A DNA stretch of 63,808 nucleotides, the filler included, from Octopus bimaculoides (taxonomy: Eukaryota): NCBI RefSeq assembly GCF_001194135.2. It is 4 parts of 3 records of this genome, joined end to end, with 100 filler letters (N's around TTAATTAATTAA, not from the genome) between each part and the next. Parts side by side here need not be neighbours in the genome. Positions count along the whole stretch, not along the records: positions 23,593 to 37,267 come from NC_068999.1; positions 37,368 to 48,137 come from NC_068982.1; 2 more parts are not named here. One strand, written 5' to 3'. Shown here piece by piece: positions 25,291 through 38,499 of this stretch. The position numbers and the translations under genes are program-made. The notes under the pieces are model-generated. The model was not told the origin of the DNA. It made no database searches and was given only the letters and a program-made list of their open reading frames with translations. The first letter of the stretch is position 1. Each line of letters begins with the position of its first letter.

Positions 25291-27527
25291 CTAATCTTGG
25301 AAGGAAATTATTATGACATAATATATTCGAGGGAAACGTTTATTTAATATCTATGCGTGTAGAGATCAACACATTTGGAAATTCCGGGTACATTATTGTC
25401 ATTTATGTAGAAAATTGGAATATTCAGTTTATCATTATGCAAAGGAATTCGTCTATCGAAGCAATTAATGTGTAGAGATGTTGAAATAACTAAGTTAATT
25501 GTCTGCAGAAAAAAATATGTGTATTCAAATTAAATGTGATAAGAGAAATGTGTGTATTCTAGTTCTTAAATAAATTTCTATATGCATCTCATGTGTAGCT
25601 AAAGAAATTCGTTAATTAAAGTTAACATTGTAAAGATAGATGTGTGTATTAAAATCATGTGCGTGAGAAGTTAGAAATTCTATGTTGCATTTCCATGTTT
25701 TTACTTTTAGCTCTTTATGTATGCTTCCGCCTATGTTTTACTTCGTGCCACGGTCCTTGTCTGAGTCTATGCCTCAATATGTGTCTCAAAATTTGTTCCT
25801 CAGTAGGTATCTGATTTGTTTACATTTATCCATATCTCAATTTTATATCTGCCTCTATCTCTGCTTTCGTCTGATGCTGTGCTTCATACAGTGATACCAT
25901 CTAGCTCCCAACCTCATTCTTACCACTTCTATCAGCATATATCTCAGGCTCTGTCTTGATATGTTTCTCATAAAGTATTCCGAACATTCATCATGTAAAT
26001 CTGTGACATATATGTGGCGAGTAGTTTAAATCTTAAACTTTTAAAACTCTGATAGCTTCTCCTTCCTCTCTGGAAACTATTTCCATTTCTAATTTCATTG
26101 ACGAAATCATAACTTTCTATTTAGTAATGGAATTGAACTTCAGTTAACTGTATCTATTGAACAAAACTTGATGTTATTACATATTGACGGAAATACCACA
26201 CAATATATGGTAAACTAGAAAGAACTTCATATTTCAATTGAAACTATACATGTTGCACTATCACCACTCTTCGATTTAAGCGTCAGCTCTCCTGAAGCAC
26301 ATCGAATCGCGAATAACAGTTTTGAAATTTCTACCCAGTAAGCTGTCTGTCAGTTACTCGCATAAAGATATAAGGTTAAGAAAAAAACCCCAGAAAATTA
26401 AGTGTTCGAATACCTCATAGAGACAAAGTATTAGTAATGTAGACGCAGTAATGATTCAGATACAAGCAACCTTAAGATTGTCATTTAATTCCAAGTGTTT
26501 TTCAAACAACTCATATTCACTTCCTTTTTATTTTTACGCTGAGAAAAAGCCACAGTTTATCGGTAAGTGTAAGCGATAAACTTTATTGCAGTATTTGTTG
26601 TGACTGTCTACGTTCTGAGTCCAGAATTCGCTAGCGATCAATTTACTCTCTTTAATTCAATAAAGAAAACACAAGTGAAACCACACTCGATACGTTTGTC
26701 AGATCCTGGATATTCTGGTGGTAAGGTTGGTAAGGCCGAGAGTAGGACAATGCCTACTTTTGCTTTTATAGACACCTGAAGTAATTTGCAAATTCAAGGC
26801 TGATTATACCAAACTAGCCTCGATTCAGAGTGAGGACCGTTGATAGTATGTAGTCAAGTGCTATCCGCTATCATTCCATGTTTGACAACAAGGTTGCGTT
26901 CTACTCTTTTTTCCAGTGTGTATTCTCTAACTGTAGATAACTTGGCGGAAATTATTGCATCACATATCCCAGCATGCTGTCTGACTCAACTATAATTAGT
27001 GAATATATTCCATAATACTGTAATATATTATGAAGACAACTGGATATGGAAATATATTTTGCTACGCATTGCATTAACATATCAGCCGTTGTCGTGAATT
27101 TAGAAATTCAAGCCATTCACCTTACGCCTTCGCTCGGAAAATTTTCGAGAAATAATTCACGTGCATCAAGGTATATTACGACGGAAAAGGTGCCAGAACA
27201 GCTGGAGAGAAGAAGTAATATGACATATACAAAATTGGCTTTGGCGAGAAATATTTTTCTCTCTTGTGGATTGTAATAACATGAATCATAGCAGTTGTTT
27301 TTCTCGACGCCAGGAATCCATGAGGAACATGGAGACACATATCATTAGTTATCGCGAGGAAACTGGAAACGTTTCGCTATATCTGTGTGTATTTGCGTGT
27401 ATGTAACTATGTATGCATGCGCATACATATATATATATATATGTGTGTGTATCTGGATAACTAGATGTCTTTTCACTTATTTATCTATTCATCTATGTAC
27501 CTGTATGTATGTACTCATCTCTCTCTC

Positions 27528-27564
<37 letters not shown>

Positions 27565-27682
27565 NNNNNNNNNNNNNNNNNNNNNNNNNNNNNNNNNNNN
27601 NNNNNNNNNNNNNNNNNNNNNNNNNNNNNNNNNNNNNNNNNNNNNNNNNNNNNNNNNNNNTACGTATATATAGCTAGATAGC

Positions 27683-27760
<78 letters not shown>

Positions 27761-28199
27761 TCCAGGCGGCCACTGGTAAGGAGCAGCTAAGATTACTTGA
27801 TATAAACAATCCCAAATTATTTTATCCGATAGGTCTATCCTGGTGTCGAATCGACGGAGTATAAATAGTTTACCCAGCGCATATCCTAGATATTTACAAC
27901 TGATGTAGATGTTAAGGAATCTTAAATATCTTTATTTCTACAGTCAATTTTACAGCGTATTTAAATTAGTAGTGTCCGACACATTTTGCTGTTCCATAGA
28001 CATCTCATAATTTCATTTGTACCCAGTTAGAATCATCTAGTTATTAGTCAATGCAACTGTATTAAAGGTCAATCAATTGTCGTGGTTTGAAGCGATCTAA
28101 AGGTACGTAGGTTTAGCTAGCGTTATATCTGACTAGGAACAATTGTTTTTTTTAAATTTTTTTTAGTGCAAAGAATGTGGTAGGAACATTTGGAACCCT

Positions 28200-28945
28200 G
28201 GTACGACACATCTGCAGCGTACACTACAAACACAATATACTCCCCAACTACAGCATACATTGCAACCAGTGTATGTACCACAACTACACCGTACATCGCA
28301 ACTGAACTATACACCGCAACTACAGCATACACCACAACGGCAGCATAAACCGCAACGACAGCGTACACGTCAATTACATCATATATCGGAAGTACAACAT
28401 ACATCAGGACTACAGCATACACCGCCACTACAGCATACACCACACCTACAGCATACATTGCATCCACAGCAAACACCACAATTGCGGCATACACCGTAGC
28501 TACTGCATACACCACAACTACAGCATACATTACAATTACAGCATACACCGCAACTGCAGCCTACACTGCAACTACGGCATACACAACTACATCATTCGCC
28601 ACAACTACAGCATACACCACAACTACATCATTCGCCACAACTACAGCATACACTACAACCACAGCATACACCACAACTACAGCATACACTACAACTACAG
28701 CATACCTCACAACTACACCATACATCACAACTACAGCATACAGCACAAATACATCATACTCCACAACTACAGCATACGCCACAACTACAACATACATGAC
28801 AAGCAAACCATACACCAGAACTACAGCATAAACCCCAACTACAAGATACAGTACAAGAAAAGCATACAACACAACAACAGCAAACTCCACAACTAAAGTA
28901 TACAGCACAACTCAGCATACATCACAACTGCAGCATACTCCACAA
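28200..28945. repeat. 18-bp minisatellite (ACAACTACAGCATACACC), about 41 degenerate units
   Basis: The AGCATAC-like anchor recurs every 18 nt from 28252 to 28932, apart from one 15-nt and one 17-nt unit. Confidence 0.95.
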
Positions 28946-29791
28946 AATTAACCGACACTAAAATACACTTCTGATGCTATATCGCAACCCTTTCTATTGC
29001 TTCAATCTGTACCAGTTGTATGCATTTCAATCTTTTCTTTTCTTTTTGTTTTTTGCTTACAAGACTCAAAATCGATGGTGTTCTAACCGAGACGGTCTCT
29101 TCGTTTACCCGTTAGGTCATTGCAGAATGTAGTATTGAGAATTTGAGACGCTACGGTTTGTCTAAGCAGAAACCAAATTGTTGCGTATGAGCACGTCTAT
29201 ATATTCCAGTTGTGTGCATAACGCAAGCTAACAGCTTATATGTTTTCCAGTCCTTNNNNNNNNNNNNNNNNNNNNNNNNNNNNNNNNNNNNNNNNNNNNN
29301 NNNNNNNNNNNNNNNNNNNNNNNNNNNNNNNNNNNNNNNNNNNNNNNNNNNNNNNNNNNNNNNNNNNNNNNNNNNNNNNNNNNNNNNNNNNNNNNNNNNN
29401 NNNNNNNNNNNNNNNNNNNNNNNNNNNNNNNNNNNNNNNNNNNNNNNNNNNNNNNNNNNNNNNNNNNNNNNNNNNNNNNNNNNNNNNNNNNNNNNNNNNN
29501 NNNNNNNNNNNNNNNNNNNNNNNNNNNNNNNNNNNNNNNNNNNNNNNNNNNNNNNNNNNNNNNNNNNNNNNNNNNNNNNNNNNNNNNNNNNNNNNNNNNN
29601 NNNNNNNNNNNNNNNNNNNNNNNNNNNNNNNNNNNNNNNNNNNNNNNNNNNNNNNNNNNNNNNNNNNNNNNNNNNNNNNNNNNNNNNNNNNNNNNNNNNN
29701 NNNNNNNNNNNNNNNNNNNNNNNNNNNNNNNNNNNNNNNNNNNNNNNNNNNNNNNNNNNNNNNNNNNNNNNNNNNNNNNNNNNNNNNNNNN

Positions 29792-29828
<37 letters not shown>

Positions 29829-30299
29829 ATATGTGTATGTATGTGTTTTTGCGTATGTATGTTTGTGTGTGTCTGTTGCTCTGTATGTTTTGCGAATGTG
29901 TGTGTTTGTGTGTGCATGTTTGTGTGTGTGCATAAACACATAATCTCTCTCACTCTCTCTCTCTATCTATCCACCTATCTATCTATCTCTATATGTATAT
30001 GGGTGTTCGAGTGTGTGTTTAGGTATGGTATCGCGTGTTTGTGTCCGAGTGAAGCACAGAAGCCTAACAATCTCATTTTATATGTGTTTAAGCGTGTAAA
30101 TGTATGAATTCTTATGCGAAATTTTTCCGGAATTATCGCATATTAATATAGACTTATCGGGAAAACCTCATAAACACTCGTCATATAATGAATTAATTAT
30201 GGAATTTAATTAATGATACTTGCTTATTTGCAACTCATCGATTTTACATCGCCTTTGTGTTGCTAGGAAATATTCGATGGAATATATATCAGTTCCGTA

Positions 30300-30330
30300 T
30301 GTTGCTGCTGCTGCTGCCGCCCTTCCTACT

Positions 30331-30401
<71 letters not shown>

Positions 30402-31091
30402 TGCTGTTGTTGCTCCTATTGTCAATACAACTAGTGTTGACCGTTCTGCTGTAGACTTCATTTGCATAAACCGTATCTATTTCTGTTGTGCCGTATTTCT
30501 ATTAAACTGATGTCAGCGATCTTGCGATGACGGCGATATCGATGACGATGAAGACGAACGGAATGATGATGATGATGGCGACAGGGAGAAATACGATGAT
30601 CATGATGTTGTTGTTGTTGTTGTTGTTGCTTTTGCTGTTACTGTTTACGATGTCGACGATGAGGACGACGACGACGACGACGATGGTGGTGTTGCTGATG
30701 ACAGCGGCGACGGTAATGTTTGCGATGATGATGATGTTGATGATGATGATGATGATGATGATGATGACGATGATGACGATGATGACGATGATGATGACGA
30801 TGATAATGATGGTGATGGTGATGATGATGGTGGTATGGTGGTGATGGTGATGGTGATGATGATGATGATCATGATGATGATGACGATGATGATGACAATG
30901 ATGATGACAATGATGATGATAATGATGATGATGATGATGATGATGGTGGTGGTGGGGGTGGTCGTGGTCGTGGTGGTGACGACGACCACGGCGACGATGG
31001 TGATGACGATGCTAATCAAATTCCAATATCCGTGAGTATAATGATAATAATGATTATTGTATTCACAACACTTATGCTAATGATGAAAGGA

Positions 31092-31122
<31 letters not shown>

Positions 31123-31318
31123 CGAGGACGTCGATGAAGACGACAATGTTAACGGTAGTCATGGTGTTGCTGATGATGATTGCGATGATGATAAAGAGCA
31201 GGAGATGGAATGCTGTTGGGTGGTGGGGGGTTAATGTTCGTGATAATCTTTTTCCACATTTCTGTTTCTTGCAGATAATGGCCATGGTCATTGTAAGTTA
31301 CAATTGCTGCTGCTACTA

Positions 31319-31371
<53 letters not shown>

Positions 31372-31690
31372 ATTCCCGCTATTGCTACCCCTAACATTCC
31401 TACTACTACTACTGCTTCTTCTTCTTCTTCTTCTTCTTCTTCTTCTTCTTCTTCTTCTTCTTCTTCTTTTCTTCTACAACAACAACAACTACTACTACTA
31501 CTATTACTACTACTACTAATACTGCTACTACTAATACTGCTACTACTACTGCTGCTGCTGCTGCTGCTGTTACATTTTCTGTTGCTGCTGCTGTTGTTGT
31601 TGTTGTTGTTGCTGCTGCTATTGCCTCTACTACCCCTACTGCCCCTCCTACCATTACTACTACTACTACCTTAACCACCACCACCACTCC
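30300..31690. repeat. Compound trinucleotide microsatellite field (TAG, GAT, GAC, GTT, GGT, CTA, CTG, CTT, CAA)
   Basis: Direct reading; similar smaller fields at 10910-11170 and 21660-21960. Confidence 0.95.
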
Positions 31691-34195
31691 TACTGGTCCA
31701 CAGAAGTATTCAAGTGGGTAATAATCAAACGACGTAGCTATTCTACTCGATAGAAAATGAACTTAGACTAGGAAAATTAATACATATGTGTGTTTGTGCA
31801 CGTGCATGCATGTATATATATATATATATATATATATNNNNNNNNNNTATGCACCTTTATACGTATTTTTGTACTATATGTGTGGGTAAAGGGATGGATA
31901 CATACATGATTGTAAAGGGTCTCACATATGCATACGCGTTGTAGAATGATATTTTCGTAATTGAGATTAATTAACATACTAGTGATGGTTTATTTTAATT
32001 TTTGAAATGAAAATATCTTGTGTAAAACTAAACAGAGTTACGTTTGAGTCTGTTTCTAAATGAGACGCGTTTCTCTTCTTCACATTAAACGGCTTGATGC
32101 ATGGTTAGCAGAATCTTTGATGCACAAACTGTCTTCTAGTATTGAATTGCGTCTTTTTTAATTTATTACTTCAAAGCACGCTATGCTTCCGGCCGAACTG
32201 GCAGATTCTTTAAAGTTTTAGCTAGATTTCCTTGCAGTATTTCCGACGGGATCATGTTACCCTTTCATCCTTTGGGGATTGATAAATAAAGTACCACTAC
32301 AGTAGAAGGTCGTGTCTTCTGTATTTCTTCGATAAATCGATTGTGGTTATATATAGAGAAGGATTGGTTATGCCGGATTTATAAATACCACTGGTGAACC
32401 ATTTATCCAAACGGCATTCTTACACTTTCATCAAGACATACATGTCTTACACGAGGTAAAGAAAACATGAAAAATATCCATAAGTTCCTTTGTTAACTTC
32501 CTCTAACTTTCACTACAAGAACTATTGAAGAGTTTGGGGTATATTGGCGATAATAGTTTATGCAAAGGCGATGGATTAGTAGAATAAATAGTGAGAGATT
32601 AAGTTTTGTGCAACATTAAATCACACACTATTTACATTATGAGTTCAACATACACTGATATTAATTAATTCAGAAAGCAATATAATACATATCCGTCATG
32701 CGCTGATAACGGTCATACAGTCGCTTACACCCATCTCATTCCTTATTCGAAATCACACACACAAACACACATACACATAAACAAACACATACACACACAT
32801 ACACATACACGCACACACACACACACACGCACAAACACACACAAATACAGTTAAGCCTACACACTTGTGCAAAGACACATATATACATACATATATTTTG
32901 AATATAAATGTGGTGGTCCCTACGATAAGAATTCAGTTTTTAGATCAAGTGAATATTCTTACTCAAGAGAACAACGAGCAAGTGGCTGATCATTGAACAG
33001 GCAATTGTATTTCCGATATAATTCACTGGCGGAATCAACATGAAAGATTGCGGAAACGATGGACGTTTGAATAACAGGTAAAATCTTGAGAGAAAGAGAG
33101 AGAGACAGTTAAAGAAAAACCTATAGTAGTACAGAATTGGCATTTAAAACATTTTTTTGTTATCGAACTCACAGTGATAAAAGGCAAAGTTGTGGTCGAT
33201 CAGAATGAAACAAAGTGTTCAATATTGCTTGAACTATACTCTATCCGTCACTCAACGAACTCTATGCGTCACCCAAACGATTCTAACAATTCTCTGCATT
33301 TATCTTCCGATTTACAATATTGTGATATAATCTTTGCCTCTCATACTGGTTAGCAATTGTGTTCTAATGTATTCTCGGGTTTACCAGTACCTTGAAGTAA
33401 TATTATTCACCATAGTTTCGGTTAACACAATGCTTTTCAGTGCTTATGAGTAAAATTTGATTAATAACAATTAAGAAAAAAACGTTGGATGCATTGCAAT
33501 GTAACAAAATGTCGTAGCCTTCATCATGCACTGGGGAACTTGTTATGAGAATGGGTAATATTAAATGCGCAAGCGTTTGTGGAATATTTAGTCAGTTATA
33601 CAATAAATCAATGAATATGTTGATCAACTGAACAAGCAGCTGTAGAACCATCATCGAATCTGACGGAAATCCGTTTAATTATTACATATTCTACTTTATA
33701 TACATACATTTATATAATATATACCTACACCTATATATCCATTGTACTGACATTTTTATGAGAAAACTAGCTATTTCATCCAGAATTGCCAAGCAATAAA
33801 CAAATAGCGAGCGAACAAAACACAATGAAAGAAGGAAGCAATACATTAGCTAAGTATAGCGCAGTTTCTTTAAAAAATATGTTTCCACCGGTTCAGTATT
33901 TTTTAGCGTTTGAAATTAAGGAGTGTGAAAGGTCAAACGGAAAATACTGTGAACTTTTAAAAGAATATTCTATAAAAAAATGGTTTGTAATGAAAAATAA
34001 GATTTAAGACAAGTTATATGTACGTACGTATGTATGTGTGGATGAATGTATGAATGTATGTATGTATGTATGTATGTATGAATATATGTATGTGTGTATG
34101 TATCTATGTATCTATGTATGTACGCATGCATGCATGTATGTATACATGTATCCATGTATCTATATATACATGTATGTAAATATATATGCACATAC

Positions 34196-34248
<53 letters not shown>

Positions 34249-35149
34249 AATATATACCCTGCTGCACTCTTTCACCACAACTATTTTCTCACTGTTTCTT
34301 CTTTTTTCTAATGTATCTGTATTTCAATGAGCCCCCCTTGTCACACNNNNNNNNNNNNNNNNNNNNNNNNNNNNNNNNNNNNNNNNNNNNNNNNNNNNNN
34401 NNNNNNNNNNNNNNNNNNNNNNNNNNNNNNNNNNNNNNNNNNNNNNNNNNNNNNNNNNNNNNNNNNNNNNNNNNNNNNNNNNNNNNNNNNNNNNNNNNNN
34501 NNNNNNNNNNNNNNNNNNNNNNNNNNNNNNNNNNNNNNNNNNNNNNNNNNNNNNNNNNNNNNNNNNNNNNNNNNNNNNNNNNNNNNNNNNNNNNNNNNNN
34601 NNNNNNNNNNNNNNNNNNNNNNNNNNNNNNNNNNNNNNNNNNNNNNNNNNNNNNNNNNNNNNNNNNNNNNNNNNNNNNNNNNNNNNNNNNNNNNNNNNNN
34701 NNNNNNNNNNNNNNNNNNACTAATATATATATATACCCATGTCTATTTATAGATAGTCACACACACACACACACACACTTATATATATATATATATATAT
34801 GCATATATATACATTGCATATATACACACATATTTATATATACGTAATGATATACAACTATTGTTTCGTGCGTGTGTCTGTGTGTGCCTGAGTATGCGTG
34901 TATATGTGTGTTCGTGTGAGTGCTTGTTTTTGTGTGTGTAACTCTACAGTTGTTTATTCGAAAACCTTATCCAGAATGGAGTTGATGACAAAAACATCGA
35001 ATATTTCCCTTTTGTAAACAGAAAGTATAATGATAACTGAAATTATAATTGGGAATAAAATTATAGATCAATTTTGGGAAAATATTTCCCATCAAAATAC
35101 ATACTATTAATCGACTGTTTCATGGCCGCTGTATCAAATTTACTTTCAA

Positions 35150-35405
35150 TCGTCGAACTACAGGAAAGCTGGAGAACCACCTTGAAGGGTTTAGTCAAAC
35201 ACATTGGCACCATCAACTATTTTCTTTAAGGCTTTATTGTTATTCAAACGGTCTCTTTGTCCGAACCTCTAACTTAGGAGGATGTAAACAAGCTAACCCG
35301 ACTTGTGAAGAGGTGTGCTGCACAACATCAAAGATATACAATTACATATACATTCATCCGTACAAGTGGTTGTGAAACGAACTCCTTACCACACAGCCAG
35401 ACCTT
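35150..35405 (-). mobile_element. Diverged SINE family A-related copy
   Basis: GGTCTCTTTGTCCGAACCTCTAAC core and AACTCCTTACCACACAGCCA head (reverse complement of TGGCTGTGTGGTAAG). Confidence 0.6.
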
Positions 35406-35536
35406 CCGTATGTTGACCATACGAAAATCTCGAGGCTTTGCTTTGCTCTAGCAATTTGATGTAGTAGCGTTATGATTCTTTACATTTATATGCATATCCA
35501 TAAAAAAATCTATGAATATGTCTGCCTATATATCTA

Positions 35537-35573
<37 letters not shown>

Positions 35574-37267
35574 GTGTCTAACTATCTGTTCTATTCTATT
35601 CTATCGTCACTTTTTATGCTCTTACTTCATATAAACTTAATGCTCTTACCGCTATCTCAAAATTCGCCACTGATAATGCTGCAAGGAATCCGACATCTAC
35701 TTTAAATCCAAGGAACTTCAACAATTTATCTTTGATTGCGATTACTATTGATCTCTTGTAGTTTCAGCACTTTACCGAGCGGGAAGCATTATTTGATTCA
35801 TTACACACTTGCTACACAAACGTACCACTGCAGAATGACTCCTTTTTTTTTTTCACCTTGCCTCATTTAACACAGTCATGAAATCTCGCACTCATCCGTA
35901 GCTCCTGCTTTCTATTCTCTGAGCACGTAATATCCCAAAAAGTTTCCAAACAATTCCTTAAAAAGTATTTATCATCTGCTAGTAATATTTCCTTGATACT
36001 ACTTGCCTACATATTATTATCAAGTGCACTTGTTAATGAATGATGCCACGCGTTTCTATTCATCTCGGACACTATGTTTGTACTCGAACCAGAAACACAG
36101 TACTTTTTCACTAAATCTTATAGGTGGTCTTTCACACTCTTATCTACATCAGTATCGACAAGCTTTGCTATACATTACACATGAGGGAAAATATGATGCA
36201 TTTTGCAAAACATTTTTATGCATTCTCCTCGACACTCAGAAAGGTTTCAGCACTTCATCGACACATACCACTGTGTGTCGGTTTTATGACTACCACAGTT
36301 CCTCACATTCTGACAGACATAAAACAAAGCAACTTAGATTTAAGCTCGACACAGCCTTAACAACCAGACTTAATGAACTTCTCTTTTCTTTCCCCCGCCT
36401 TTTTTTCCCCCTGAAGACTGTTGAAACCAATTTTAAAATAACGGGGATTATTTATGCAAACGTCCCGTAATTCTTAATGGTATTGCTTCAAGCTTGCACC
36501 GATTCCTTAATGCGTTTCGCATTTTTGTTTACATCTCTTCTTCTTTTGCTCCTCCATTGACATTCCACTGTTAACTTCTCTAACAATCATTGACTTCATT
36601 ATTTCTTTCCATTACATGTAAATACCAAAACTAAAACAAATCGCAGCTGTAAAGGAATAAATGGTGGAGTGTTGTGAAACTGAAGAGTTTCAACGTTACG
36701 TTCAGGGTTTGCAGCGAAATATCTTTTGAAGTTAATCCATTAGACAAGAATTAGATAATTTACGCAATAAAATTAGTTAATTCTTACCCTACGGATTAAC
36801 TTAGGCATTAACCGCGTACTTAGCTCTAAAACAATGTAAAAAAGAGGACGTTACTCTATACGATTTTTTTTTACACTTCTGTTTGAAGATCTGTTTGTTA
36901 TCATCTATAGTTACTAAATATACACATATTTAGTTCTTTTGATCTAAGTTTTGGTTATTGCCAAATGAATTTTAAACAGAAACAAAAAAAAATCACAACA
37001 CAAGAATAAATCGAAACTCGCTATGATTGTTAGAACTGATTAAGCTGATTTCATTGATTAATTGATTGGTTACGTAACATATTCTCATCAAAATTCCTTT
37101 TTTTATATTTAGACAATTTATTAGATTAATAAGAGAGATAATATTGTGAGTTGTTGATAAAGTGTTTCACAAACACAACCATATTATTTCCTAACAGTAT
37201 TATTAACAAGTTTTATTCCCATAGCGAGATGCAAGTTACACATCTCCCTGTACATACATACAAATAT

Positions 37268-37367
37268 NNNNNNNNNNNNNNNNNNNNNNNNNNNNNNNNN
37301 NNNNNNNNNNNTTAATTAATTAANNNNNNNNNNNNNNNNNNNNNNNNNNNNNNNNNNNNNNNNNNNN
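37268..37367. other. Artificial scaffold linker 44N-TTAATTAATTAA-44N
   Basis: Same construction as 23493-23592. Confidence 0.9.
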
Positions 37368-37641
37368 GCTCCTTCCACATCCCAGATCACGCGGGACGCC
37401 CCTCAAAGCCTCCAACTTCCGCAGTAATGGCTCGAGAGTCAATACATACAGAAGGGAGGAGAGAGGACACCCTTGGCGAACCGAACGCGAGATGTTGAAC
37501 GGTTCCGATAGATGGCCGTTCACCCGTATGACCGAGCAGATGCCGCTGTATAAAGCAGCTATCCACCCGCGGAAGACCGGACCGAAACCAGCTGCCTTGA
37601 GAACAGCTGCCAGGTATCGATGGTCGACCCTATCGAAGGCT
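37368..37641 (-). mobile_element. Tx1/L1-clade LINE reverse transcriptase fragment, 5' truncated, 3' end lost at the linker
   Basis: KAFDRVDHRYLAAVLKAAGFGPVFRGWIAALYSGICSVIRVNGHLSEPFNISRSVRQGCPLSSLLYVLTLEPLLRKL; clearly alignable to 61537-61690. Confidence 0.9.
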
Positions 37642-38499
37642 TTAAATAATAATAAAATGTTGCTTCTTTACACGACTCTATCACAACCAACAAAAATAAG
37701 TGTCAGACAAGTGAGTCATAGCTTTAAATAAAATCAAACTCTTTGACCCTGTCAACTACCGACTTTGTGACCTAAATTCCAACATTTCAAAAGTAATGGA
37801 GACAGTCGTAAAGATTTCTTACTCGATCACCTTGAGTCTCTGTCCCTTCACAACAACCATCAGTACGTTTTCATTAGATCCAAGATATACCGGAAATCTG
37901 CTTCTATATATCACACACCAATGAATTTCATGACCAATATTCTATTGAATTATTCCTCCCACATTTTCTTCTGTACATTTATGAACTGATTGTTATCTTA
38001 TTGAACCACTCACAGTCTTATGCAAATAGTACAACCTTGCATTCTTCCATAAACTGTTGCACGCAAGTACCCCTTATATGATTTGCACTGTTTCTACGAA
38101 CAACGAGTGAACTTGATTAAATCTTCGAATACAAAAATGACAACTTAACACTTTCAACGGTCCCAACTCACAATCACTGTGTTTATAAAAGAAGTAATCA
38201 TGAAATACAAGATCCTTCCAACTCATGAACAACGCACAAGTCGCTAATACAATGGCTCACAATCTCTGACATTTTATAATAACTTGCGAGAAATATCAGC
38301 CAAACCGCCCTCAAATAGTAACCTTTCAACTTTAACCCTTTGCTTCTCCCGGGCATCACTCGTGATACACAAGACATATTTTCCTGGCGTCCACGCATAA
38401 TATATAATACATTTTACCATTTTTTAAAATCACCTGAGTAACTTGGGACGTATGAAAGGAAAGTTTTATATTACCAAGAAGTACAAAACAAAGGCTAAC

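Noticed and set aside
27080-27340. Possible ancient RT fragment on the minus strand (WLEFLNSRQR)
   Set aside because: Only vague motif similarity with stops; not supportable by eye.
28200-28945. CRISPR-like array
   Set aside because: Head-to-tail units with no unique spacers; eukaryotic context.
30511-31035. 175-codon Asp-rich then Met/Val-rich open frame
   Set aside because: No start or convincing splice signals; fully explained by triplet microsatellites; the character changes at a phase slip near 30835.
36003-36470. 155-aa ORF
   Set aside because: TTG start, no recognisable domain, composition like the AT-rich background.
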